From assembly GCA_964035545.1 (NCBI GenBank), contig CAXIUT010000230.1, positions 1,736,001-1,800,000 on the forward strand: a DNA stretch of 64,000 bases, read 5' to 3'. Below are positions 29,351 through 43,074 of this stretch, piece by piece. The notes beneath the pieces are model-generated. The model was not told the DNA's origin, did not search any database, and worked only from the letters and a program-made list of their open reading frames with translations. Position 1 is the stretch's first letter. Every line of letters starts with the position of its first letter. The translations under genes were made by a program, and so were the position numbers. This DNA comes from Bugula neritina (Eukaryota > Animalia > Bryozoa).

Positions 29351-32300
29351 TATACTGTAATATATTGAAACGTTATGCAACATACTGAAAAATAATGCAA
29401 CGCGTTGAATTACACTGTAACATATTGAAATACACCGCAACATACTGAAATGTAGTGTAATATACAGAAATGAACTGTAACATACTGAAATATACTGTAA
29501 AACACTGAAACATACTCTAACATACCGAAATATACTGCAACATACTAAAATATACTGCAACATACTGCAACATCCTAAAATACACTGTAACATACTGAAA
29601 TACACTGCAACACCTTGAAAAAAACTGCAACATACTAAAACATACGGCAACATACTAAAATACACTATAACATATTCAAATATACTGCAACATACTGAAA
29701 TACACAATAACATATTGAAATATGCTGTAGCATATTGAAATATACTGCCACACACTAAAGTATACTGTAATATACAGAAATGTACTGTAACATACTGAAA
29801 CATACGGCAACATACTGAAATGTACTGCAACATACTGAAAAATACTGCAAGAAACTGCAACATACTGAATTACACTCTAACATACTGAAATATGCTGTAG
29901 CATACTGAAATACACTGCAACACATTGAAATATACTGCAACATACCGAAATGAATGGTAAACTAGCGAAATAAACTGTAATATAATGAAACATACCGCAA
30001 CATACTGCAACATAATAAAATATACTGTAACACACAGAATATACTGCAAGATACTGAAATATACTGCAACATACTGAAAGGGACGCAACATACCGAAATA
30101 CGCTGCAACATACTGTAATATACTGCAAGATACTGCAAAATACTGAGTACACTGTGTCATACTGAAAAACACTGCAACATGCTGCAAGATATTGCAACAT
30201 ACTGAAATACACTGTAACATATTGAAATGCACTGCATCATACTGCAACGTCATACTGAAATACACTGAAACAAATTGATATATACTGCAACACATTGAAA
30301 TATACTGCAACACACTGAAACATAAGGCAACATACTGAAATATACTGCGACTCATTGAAATATACTGCAACATCCTAAAATACACTATAACATACTGAAA
30401 TACACTGCAACAACTTGAAAAATACTGCAACATACCAAAACATACGGCAACATACTAAAATGCACTATAACATATTGAAATATACTGAAACATACTGAAA
30501 TACACTATAACATATTGAAATATGCTGTAGCATACTGAAATATGCTGCCACACACTGAAGTATACTGTAATATACAGAAATATACTGTAACATACTGAAA
30601 CATACCGCAACATAGTGCAACGTACGGAAATACACTGTAACATAAGGAAATACACTGCAACACATTGAAATATACTGCAACATAACGAAATAAATGGTAA
30701 ACTAGTGGAATATACTGTCACACAATGAAATTGACTGCAAGATACTGAAAATATACTGTAACATACTGAAATACGCTGCCACATACTGAAACATACTGCA
30801 AGAAACTGCAACATACTGAAATACTCTGGAACATATTGAAATACACTGCAACACTCTGAAAAATACTGCAACACACTGAAACATACGGCAACATACCGAA
30901 ATAAACTGCGACACGTTGAAAATTACTGCAACATACTGAAATATACTGTAACACACTGAAATATACTGCAAGATACTGAAATATACTGCAACATACTGAA
31001 ACGTACGCAACATACTGAAATACGCTGCAACATACTGTAATATACTGCAAAATACTGCAAAATACTGAGTACACTGTGTCATACTGAAATACACTGCAAC
31101 ATGCTGCAAGATATTGCAACATACTGAAATACACTGTGACACACTGAAATATACTGCAACATACTGCAACATACTGCAACATACTGCAACATACTGAAAT
31201 ACACTGTAACATATTGAAATACACTGCAACATACTGCAACATACTGACATACACTGGAACATACTGAAATATACTGCGACACATTAAAATATACTGTAAC
31301 ATACTGAAATATACTTCAACATACTGCAACATACTAAAATACACTGTAACATACTGCAACATCCCAAAATACACTGTAACATACTGAAATACACTGCAAC
31401 GTTTTGAAAAATACTGCAACATACCTAAACATAGGGCAACATACTAAAATACACTATAACATATTGAAATATACTGAAACATACTGAAATACACTATAAC
31501 ATATTGAAATATGCTGTAGCATACTGAAATATACTGCCACACACTGAAGTATACTGTAATATACAGAAATGTACTGTAACATACTGAAATATACGGCAAC
31601 ATACTCAAATGTACTGCAACATACTGAAATATACTGCAACAAAGTGCAACGTGCTGAAATACACTGTAACATATTGAAATACACTGCAAAACATCGAAAT
31701 ATACTGCAACACACTGAAATATACTGAAACATACAGAAATATACTGCAACATACAGAAATATACTGCAACAGACTGCAACATACTGAAACACACTGTAAC
31801 ATAGTGAAATACACTGCAACACATTGAAATATACTGCAACATCACGAAATAAATGGTAAACTAGTGGAATATACTGTAACACAATGAAATTGACTGCAAG
31901 ATACTGAAATATACTGTAACATACTGAAATACTCTGCCACACACTGAAACATACGGCAACCTACCGAATTATACTGCGACACGTTGAAAAATACTGCAAC
32001 ATACTGAAATATACTGCAAGTGGTGCAACATACTGAAGTACACTGTGACACACTGAAATACACTGCAACATACTGCAACATACTGCAACATACTGAAATA
32101 CACTGGAACTTACTGAAATATACTGCGACACATTAAAATATACTGTAACATACTGAAATATACTTCAACATACTGCAACATACTAAAATACACTGTAACA
32201 TACTGAAATACATTGCAACATATTGAAATATACTGCAACATACTGAAACATACTGCAACATACTGAAATATACTGCAACATACTGAATTACACTAGAACA

Positions 32301-35300
32301 TATTGAAATATACTGCAACAGACTGAATTACACTTTAACATACTGAAATAGGCTGTAGCATACTGAATTACACTCTAACATACTGAAATATGCTCTAGCA
32401 TACTGAAATACACTGCAACACAGTGAAGTATACTGTAATACACTGAAATGTACTGCAACATACTGAATTATACTGCAACATACTGCAAGATACTGGAACA
32501 AACTTTAACATACTGAAATACACTGTGACCCACGGAAATACACTGCAACATACTGCAACATACTGCAACATACTGAATTACACTGTAACATATTGAAATA
32601 CACTGCAACATACTGCAACATACTGAAATACACTGGAACTTACTGAAATATACTGCGACACATTAGAATATACTGTAACATACTGAAATATACTACAACA
32701 TACTGTAACATACTAAAATACACTGTAACATACTGAAATACATTGCTACACATTGAAATATACTGCAACATACTGAAACATACTGCAACATACTGAAATA
32801 TACTGCAACATACTGAATTACACTATAACATATTGAAATATACTGCAACATACTGAATTACACTCTAACATACCGAAATATGCTGTAGCATACTGAAATA
32901 CACTGCCACACACTGAAGTATACTGTAATATACAGAAATGTACTGTAACGTACTGAAACACACGGCAACATACTGAAATGTACTGCAACATACTGAAATA
33001 TACTGCAACGTAGTGCAACGTACTGAAATACACTGTAACATAATGAAATACATTGCAACATACTGAAATATACTGCAACATACTGCAACATACTAAAATA
33101 CACTGCAACATACTGAAATACATTGCAACACATTAAAACATACTGCAACATACTGAAACGTACTGCAACATACTGAAATATACTGCAACATACTGAAATA
33201 CTCTATAACATATTGAAATATACTGCAACATACTGAATTACACTGTAACATACTGAATTATGCTGTAGCATACTGAAATACACTGCAACACATTGAAATA
33301 TACTGCAACATACCGAAATGAATGGTAAACTAGTGAAATATACTGTAACATAATGAAACATACCGGAACATACTGCAACATAATAAAATATACTGTAACA
33401 CACTGAAATATACTGCAACATACTGAAATACACTGAAATACACTGTAACATATTGAAATACACTGCGACACATTACAACATACTGCAACACACTGAAACA
33501 TACGGCAAACTACCGAATCATACTGCGACACGTTGAAAAACACTGCAACATACTGAAATATACTGCAAGTGGTGCAACATAGTGAAATACACTGTGACAC
33601 ACTAAAAAACACTGGAACATACTGCAACATATTGCAACATACTGAAATACACCGTAACATATTGAAGTACACTGCAACATACTGCAACATACTGAAATAC
33701 ACTGGAACTTACTGAAATATACTGCGACACATTAAAATATACTGTACATACTGAAATATGCTTCAACATACTGAAATATACTGCAACATACTGAATTACA
33801 CTATAACATATTGAAATATACTGCAACATACTGAATTACACTCTAACATACCGAAATATGCTGTAGCATACTGAAATACACTGCCACACACTGAAGTATA
33901 CTGTAATATACAGAAATGTACTGTAACGTACTGAAACACACGGCAACATACTGAAATGTACTGCAACATACTGAAATATACTGCAACGTAGTGCAACGTA
34001 CTGAAATACACTGTAACATAATGAAATACATTGCAACATACTGAAATATACTGCAACATACTGCAACATACTAAAATACACTGCAACATACTGAAATACA
34101 TTGCAACACATTAAAACATACTGCAACATACTGAAACGTACTGCAGCAAACTGAAATATACTGCAACATACTGAAATACTCTATAACATATTGAAATATA
34201 CTGCAACATACTGAATTACACTCTAACATACTGAAATATGCTGTAGCATACTGAAATACACTGCAACACATTAAAACATACTGCAACATATGGAAACATA
34301 CTGCAACATACTGAATTACACTCTAACATACTGAAATATGCTCTAGCATACTGAAATACACTGCAACACACTGAAGTATACTGTAATACACTGAAATGTA
34401 CTGCAACATACTGAATTATACTGCAACATACTGCAACGTACTGGAACACACTGTAACATAATGAAATATGCTGTAGCACACTGAAATATACTGCAACACC
34501 CTGAAGTATACTGTAATATACTGAAACGTTATGCAACATACTGAAAAATAACGCAACGCGTTGAATTACACTGTAACATATTGAAATACACCGCAACATA
34601 CTGAAATGTAGTATAATATACAGAAATGAACTGTAACATACTGAAATATACTGTAACACACTGAAACATACTCTAACATACCGAAATATACTGCAACATA
34701 CTAAAATATACTGCAACATACTGCAACATCCTAAAATACACTGTAACATACTGAAATACACTGCAACACCTTGAAAAAAACTGCAACATACTAAAACATA
34801 CGGCAACATACTAAAATACACAATAACATATTGAAATATGCTGTAGCATACTGAAATATACTGCCACACACTGAAGTATACTGTAATATACAGAAATGTA
34901 CTGTAACATACTGAAACATACGGCAACATACTGAAATGTACTGCAACATACTGAAAAATACTGCAAGAAACTGCAACATACTGAAATACTCTGGAACATA
35001 TTGAAATACACTGCAACACTCTGAGATATACTGCAACACACTGAAACATACGGCAACATACCGAAATAAACTGCGACACGTTGAAAATTACTGCAACATA
35101 CTGAAATATGCTGTAACACACTGAAATATACTGCAATATACTGAAATATACTGCAACATACTGAAACGTACGCAACATACTGAAATACGCTGCAACATAC
35201 TGTGATATACTGCAAGATACTGCAAAATACTGAGTACACTGTGTCATACTGACATACACTGCAACATACTGCAACATACCACAACGTACTGATATATACC

Positions 35301-38300
35301 GCGACGCATTAAAATATACTGCAACATACTAAATTACACTGCAACATACTGAAATACATTGCAACACATTAAAACATACTGCAACATACTCAAACGTACT
35401 GCAACATACTGAAATATACTGCAACATACTGAAATACTCTATAACATATTGAAATATACTGCAACATACTGAAATACACTCTAACATACTAAAATATGCT
35501 GTAGCATACTGAAATACGCTGCAACACATTGAAATATACTGCAACATACCGAAATGAATGGTAAACTAGCGAAATAAACTGTAACATAATGAAACATACC
35601 GGAACATACTGCAACATAATAAAATATACTGTAACACACTGAAATATACTGCAAGATACTGAAATATACTGCAACATACAGAAATACATTGCAGCACATT
35701 AAAACATACTGCAACATATTGAAACGTACTGCAACATACTGGAATATACTGCAACATACTGAAATACTCTATAACATATTGAAATATACTGCAACATACT
35801 GAATTACACTCTAACATACTGAAATATGCTGTAGCATACTGAAATACACTCCAACACATTGAAATATACTGCAACATACCGAAATGAATGGTAAACTAGC
35901 AAAATAAACTGTAATATAATGAAACATACCGGAACATACTGCAACATAATAAAATATACTGTAACACACTGAAATATACTGCAAGATACTGAAATATACT
36001 GCAACATACTGAAACATAAGGCAACATACTGAAATATACTGCGACTCATTGAAATATACTGCAACATACTAAAATATACTGCAACATACTGCAACATCCT
36101 AAAATACACTATAACATACTGAAATACACTGCAACAACTTGAAAAATACTGCAACATACCTAAACATACGGCAACATACTAAAATGCACTATAACATATT
36201 GAAATATACTGAAACATACTGAAATACACTATAACATATTGAAATATGCTGTAGCATACTGAAATATGCTGCCACACACTGAAGTATACTGTAATATACA
36301 GAAATATACTGTAACATACTGAAACATACTGCAACATAGTGCAACGTACGGAAATACACTGTAACATAAGGAAATACACTGCAACACATTGAAATATACT
36401 GCAACATAACGAATAAATGGTAAACTAGTGGAATATACTGTAACACAATGAAATTGACTGCAAGATACTGAAGATATACTGTAACATACTGAAATACGCT
36501 GCCACATACTGAAACATACTGCAATAAACTGCAACATACTGAAATACTCTGGAACATATTGAAATACACTGCAACACTCTGAAAAATACTGCAACACACT
36601 GAAACATACGACAACATACCGAAATAAACTGCGACACGTTGAAAATTACTGCAACATACTGAAATATACTGTAACACACTGAAATATGCTACAAGATACT
36701 GAAATATACTGCAACATACTGAAACGTACGCAACATACTGAAATACGCTGCAACATACTGTAATATACTGCAAGATACTGCAAAATACTGAGTACACTGT
36801 GTCATACTGAAATACACTGCAACATACTGCAAGATATTGCAACATACTGAAATACACTGTGACACACTGAAATATACTGCAACATACTGCAACATACTGC
36901 AACATACTGCAACATACTGAAATACACTGTAACATATTGAAATACACTGCAACATACTGCAACATACTGACATACACTGGAACATACTGAAATATACTGC
37001 GACACATTAAAATATACTGTAACATACTGAAATATACTTCAACATACTGCAACATACTAAAATACACTGTAACATACTGCAACATCTTAAAATACACTGT
37101 AACATACTGAAATACACTGCAACATTTTGAAAAATACTGCAACATACCTAAACATAGGGCAACATACTAAAATACACTATAACATGTTGAAATATACTGA
37201 AACATACTGAAATACACTATAACATATTGAAATATGCTGTAGCATACTGAAATATACTGCCACACACTGAAGTATACTGTAATATACAGAAATGTACTGT
37301 AACATACTGAAATATACGGCAACATACTCAAATGTACTGCAACATACTGAAATATACTGCAACAAAGTGCAACGTACTGAAATACACTGTAACATATTGA
37401 AATACACTGCAAAACATCGAAATATACTGCAACACACTGAAATATACTGAAACATACAGAAATATACTGCAACATACAGAAATATACTGCAACAGACTGC
37501 AACATACTGAAAAACAGTGTAACATACTGAAAAAGACTGCAACACATTGGAATATACTGCAACATACTGAAATATGCTGTAGCATACTGAAAGACACTAC
37601 AACCCACTGAACTATAGTGTAATATACAGAAATGTACTACAACATGCCTAAATATACTGCAACATACTGAAATACACTACAACATACTGCAACATACTGA
37701 AATACACTGTGACACACTGAAATACACTGCAACATACTGCAATATACTGCAACATACTGAAATATACTGCAACATACTGCAACATACTAAAATACACTGC
37801 AACATACTGCAACATAATGAAATACACTGGAACATATTGAAATACACTGCGACACAGTAAAATATACTGCAACACACTGAAACATACGGCAACATACCGA
37901 AATATACTGCGACATGTTGAACAATACTGCGACATACTGAAATATACTGCAAGTGGTGCAACATACTGAAATACACTGTGACACACTGAAATACACTGCA
38001 ACATACTGCAACATACTGCAACATACTGAAATACACTGTAACATATTGAAATACACTGCAACATACTGCAACATACTGAAATACACTGGAACTTACTGAA
38101 ATATACTGCGACACATTAAAATATACTGTAACATACTGAAATATACTTCAACATACTGCAACATACTCAAATACACTGTAATATACTGAAATACATTGCA
38201 ACACATTGAAATATACTGCAACATACTGAAACATACTGCAACATACTGAAATATACTGCAACATACTTAATTACACTATAACATATTGAAATATACTGCA

Positions 38301-40051
38301 ACATAGTGAATTACACTCTAACATACTGAAATATGCTGTAGCATACTGAGTTACGCTGCAACACACTGAAGTATACTGTAATATACTGAAATGTACTGCG
38401 ACATACTGAGTTATACTGCAACATAGTGCAACATACTGAATTACACTGTAACATAATGAAATATGCTGTAGCACACTGAAATACACTGCAACACACTGAA
38501 GTAAACTGTAATGTACTGAAATGTACTGCAAAATACTGAAAGGTACTGCAACATACTGCAACAAACTAAAATACACTGCAACATACTGAAATACATTGCA
38601 ACACATTAAAATATACTGCAACATACTGAAACATACTGCAACATACTGAAATATACTGCAACATACTGAAATACACTATAACATATTGAAATGTACTGCA
38701 CCATACTGAATTACACTCTAACATAATGAAATATGCTGTAGCATACTGAAATACACTGCAACATACTGCAAAAAATTGAAATACACTGGAACATATTGAA
38801 ATATACTGCAACATACCTAAATGAATGGTAAACTAATGAAATGTACTGTAACATAATGAAACATACTCTAGCAGAATGAAAAATACTGCACGAAACTGAA
38901 ATATACTGGAACATACTGAAATGTACGCAACATACTGAAGTACGCTGCAACATACTGATTTATACTGCAAGATACTGCAACATACTGAAATACACTGTAA
39001 CATACTGAAACACACTGCAAAATACTGCAACATACTGAAATACACTGGAACATATTGAAATACACTGCAACACTTTGAAATATGCTTCAACACACTGAAA
39101 CATACGGCAACATACCGAAATATACTGCGACACGTTGAAAAACACTGCAACATACTGAAACATACTGCAAGTGGTTCAACATACTGAAACACACTGTGAG
39201 ACACTGAAATATACTGCAACATACTGCAACATACTGCAACATACTGAAATATCCTGCGACATACTGAAATACACTATAACATATTAAAATATACTGCAAC
39301 ATACTGAATTGCACTCTAACGTATTGAAATATGCTGTAGCATACTGAAATACACTGCAACACACTGAAGTATACTGTAATACACTGAAATGTACTGCAAT
39401 ATACTGAAATATACTGCAACATCTTGCAACATACTGAAATACACTGTAACATAATGAAGTACACTGCAACATACTGAAATGCACTGGAACATATTGGAAT
39501 GCACTGCAACACATCGAAATATACTGCAACACACTGAAACGTACATCAACATACTGAAATATACTGCGACACATTAAAATATACTGCAACACACTTAAAT
39601 ATACTGCAACATACAGAACTATACAGCAACATACAGAAATATACTGCAACAGACTGCAACATACTGAAAAACAGTGTCACATACTGAAATACACTGCAAC
39701 AAATTAGAATATACTGCAACATACTGAAATATGCTCTAACATACTGAAAGACACTACAACTTACTGAATAGTAGTGTAATATACGGAAAAGTACTGCGAC
39801 ATGCCTAGATATACTGCAACATACTGAAATACACTACAACATACTGCAACATACTGAAATACACTGTGACACACTGAAATACACTGCAACATACTGCAAT
39901 ATACTGCAACATACTGAAATACACTGCAACACATTAGAATATACTGCAACATACTGAAATATACTGCAACATACTGACATACACTACAACATACTGCAAC
40001 ATACTGGAATACACTGGAACACATTGAAATATACTGCAACATACTGAAATA
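29351..40051 (+). repeat. 10-bp tandem satellite, block 3
   Basis: Same monomers and orientation; new diagnostic variants appear (GAGTACACTGTGTCAT, AACTAGCG). Confidence 0.98.
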
Positions 40052-40367
40052 CACAGGATAGTTGAGGGCAACCTTTTAGCTGCAACTGCCTTGCTGAGGT
40101 TTGCATTGTAATCATATAAGAATTCAGTACCAGTAAAATAAAATCTCACCGAATTGTGCTAGAGTCAAAATTTAAAAACTATGTTGTAGATCCTGTTTTT
40201 TCCCAGTGCAACTTTTTGGAATTTCCAATTTTCATTTTTTTTGCAAAGTTATAGACAAAAAACTGCCCAATTTTGGTCAAATTTGCCTGAAAGGCTGACT
40301 TTTCAGTACCAGTAAAATATTTCAGCCGCAAAAGATGATATCTGAATAAAACTTGCACTGCTGGAAT
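40052..40367 (-). mobile_element. Truncated element-B family fragment (one terminus only, inverted relative to 28595-29350)
   Basis: Starts CACAGGATAGTTGAGGGCAACCTTTTAGCTGC after TA. It is the diverged reverse complement of about 29034-29350 and ends at GCACTGCTGGAAT, where satellite resumes. Confidence 0.93.
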
Positions 40368-42136
40368 ATACTGCAACATACTGAAATATACTGCAAGATA
40401 CCGCAACATACTGAAATCCACTGTAACATACTGAAATACACTGCAACATACTGCAATATACTGAATTACATTGGAACATATTGAAATACACTGCAACACT
40501 TTGAAATATACTGCAACACAATGAAACATACGGCAACATACTGAAATATTCTGCAACATACTGCAACATACTAAAATACACTGTAACATACTGAAATACA
40601 TTGCAAAACAATAAAATATACTGCAACATACTAAAACATACTGCAACATACTGAAAATAACTGCAACATACTGAATTACACTCTAACATACTGAAATATG
40701 GTGTAGCATACTGAAATACACTGCAACACACTGCAGTATACTGTAATATACAGAAATGTACTGCAACATACTGAATTATACTGCAACATACTGCAACATA
40801 CTGAAATACACTGTAACATAACGAAATACACTGCAACACATTGAAATATACTGCAACATACTGAAATGATTGGTAAACTAGTGAAATGTACTGTAACATA
40901 ATGAAACATACCGGAACATTCTGCAACATAATGAAATATACTGTAGCACACTGAAATATACTGCACGATACTGAAATATACTGTAACATACTGAAATGTA
41001 CGCAACATACTGAAATACGCTGCAACATACTGATTTATACTGCAAGATACTGCAACATACTGAATTCCACTGTAACATACTGAAATACACTGCAACATAC
41101 TGCAACATACTGCATTACACTGGAACATATTGAAATACACTGCAACACTTTGAAATATGCTTTAACACACTGAAACATACGGCAACATACCGAAATATAC
41201 TGCGACACGTTGAAAAACACTGCAACATACTGAAACATACTGCAAGTGGTGCAACATACTGAAACACACTGTGAGAGACTGAAATATACTGCAACATACT
41301 GCAACATACTGCAACATACTGCAACATACTGAAATATACTGCGACACATTAAAATATACTGCGACATACTGAAATATACTGCAACATACTGCAACATACT
41401 ACAATACACTGCAACATACTGAAATACATCGCAACACATTAAAATAGACTGCAACATACTGAAACATACGGCAACATACTGAAATATACTGCAACATACT
41501 GAAATTCACTATAACATATTAGAATATACTGCAACATACTGAATTGCACTCTAACGTATTGAAATATGCTCTAGCATACTGAAATACACTGCAACACACT
41601 GAAGTATACTGTAATACACTGAAATGTACTGCAATATACTGAAATATACTGCAACATCTTGCAACATACTGAAATACACTGTAACATAATGAAGTACACT
41701 GCAACATACTGAAATGCACTGGAACATATTGGAATGCACTGCAACACATAGAAATATACTGCAACACACTGAAACGTACATCAACATACTGAAGTATACT
41801 GCGACACATTAAAATATACCGCAACACACTTAAATATACTGCAACATACAGAAATATACAGCAAGATACAGAAATATACTGCAACAGACTGCAACATACT
41901 GAAAAACAGTGTCACATACTGAAATACACTGCAACACATTAGAATATACTGCAACATACTGAAATATGCTGTAACATACTGAAAGACACTACAACTTACT
42001 GAAGAGTAGTGTAATATACGGAAAAATACTGCGACATGCCGAAATATACTGCAACATACTGACATACACTACAACATACTGCAACATACTGAAATACACT
42101 GGAACACATTGAAATATACTGCAACATACTGAAATA
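40368..42136 (+). repeat. 10-bp tandem satellite, block 4
   Basis: Same monomers and orientation. Confidence 0.98.
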
Positions 42137-42453
42137 CACAGGATTGTTAAGGGCAACCTTTTAGCTGCAACTGCCTTGCTGAGGTTTGCATTGTAATCAT
42201 ATAAGAATTCAGTACCAGTAAAATAAAATCTCACCGAATTGTGCTAGAGTCGAAATTTAAAAACTATGTTGTCGATCCTGTTTTTTCCCAGTGCAACTTT
42301 TTGAAATTTTCAATTTTCATTTTTTTTTGCAAAGTTATAGACAAAAAACTGCCCAATTTTGGTCAAATTTGCCTGAAAAGCTGACTTTTCAGTACCAGTA
42401 AAATATCTCAGCAGCAAAAGATGATATCTGAATAAAACTTGCACTGCTGGAAT
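42137..42453 (-). mobile_element. Second copy of the truncated element-B fragment
   Basis: Same start, same breakpoint and same satellite flanks as 40052-40367; about 10 differences in 316 bp by manual comparison. Confidence 0.93.
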
Positions 42454-43074
42454 ATACTGCAACATACTGAAATATACTGCAAGATACTGCAACATACTGA
42501 AATCCACTGTAACATACTGAAATACGCTGTAACATACTGCAATATACTGAATTACATTGGAACATATTGAAATACACTGCAACACTTTGAAATATACTGC
42601 AACACTGAAACATACTGCAAGTGGTGCAACATACTGAAATACACTGTGACACACTGAAATACACTGCAACATACTGCAACATACTGCAACATACTGAAAT
42701 ACACTGTAACATATTGAAATACACTGCAACATACTGCAACATACCGAAATACACTGGAACATATTGAAACACACTGCAACACATCGAAATATACTCCAAC
42801 ACACTGAAACATACGGCAACATACTGAAATATTCTGCAACATACTGGAACATACTAAAATACACTGTAACATACTGAAATACATTGCAAAACAATAAAAC
42901 ATACTGCAACATACTAAAACATACTGCAACATACTGAAACATACTGCAACATACTGAATTACACTCTAACATACTGAAATATGGTGTAGCATACTGAAAT
43001 ACACTGCAACTCACTGCAGTATACTGTAATATACAGAAATGTACTGCAACATACTGAATTATACTGCAACATAC

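Larger units (their letters stand above)
26400..37500 (+). repeat. Two imperfect copies of a ~5.7-kb higher-order unit
   Basis: Offsets of 5684 (26449/32133, 27134/32818) and 5723-5724 (30455/36179, 31079/36802, 31444/37167). Only the first copy carries element B. Boundaries are approximate. Confidence 0.75.

Noticed and set aside
32786-34272. Full 978-bp tandem duplication
   Set aside because: Only about 0.5 kb is repeated at offset 978; treated as part of the general module shuffling rather than a discrete tandem unit.
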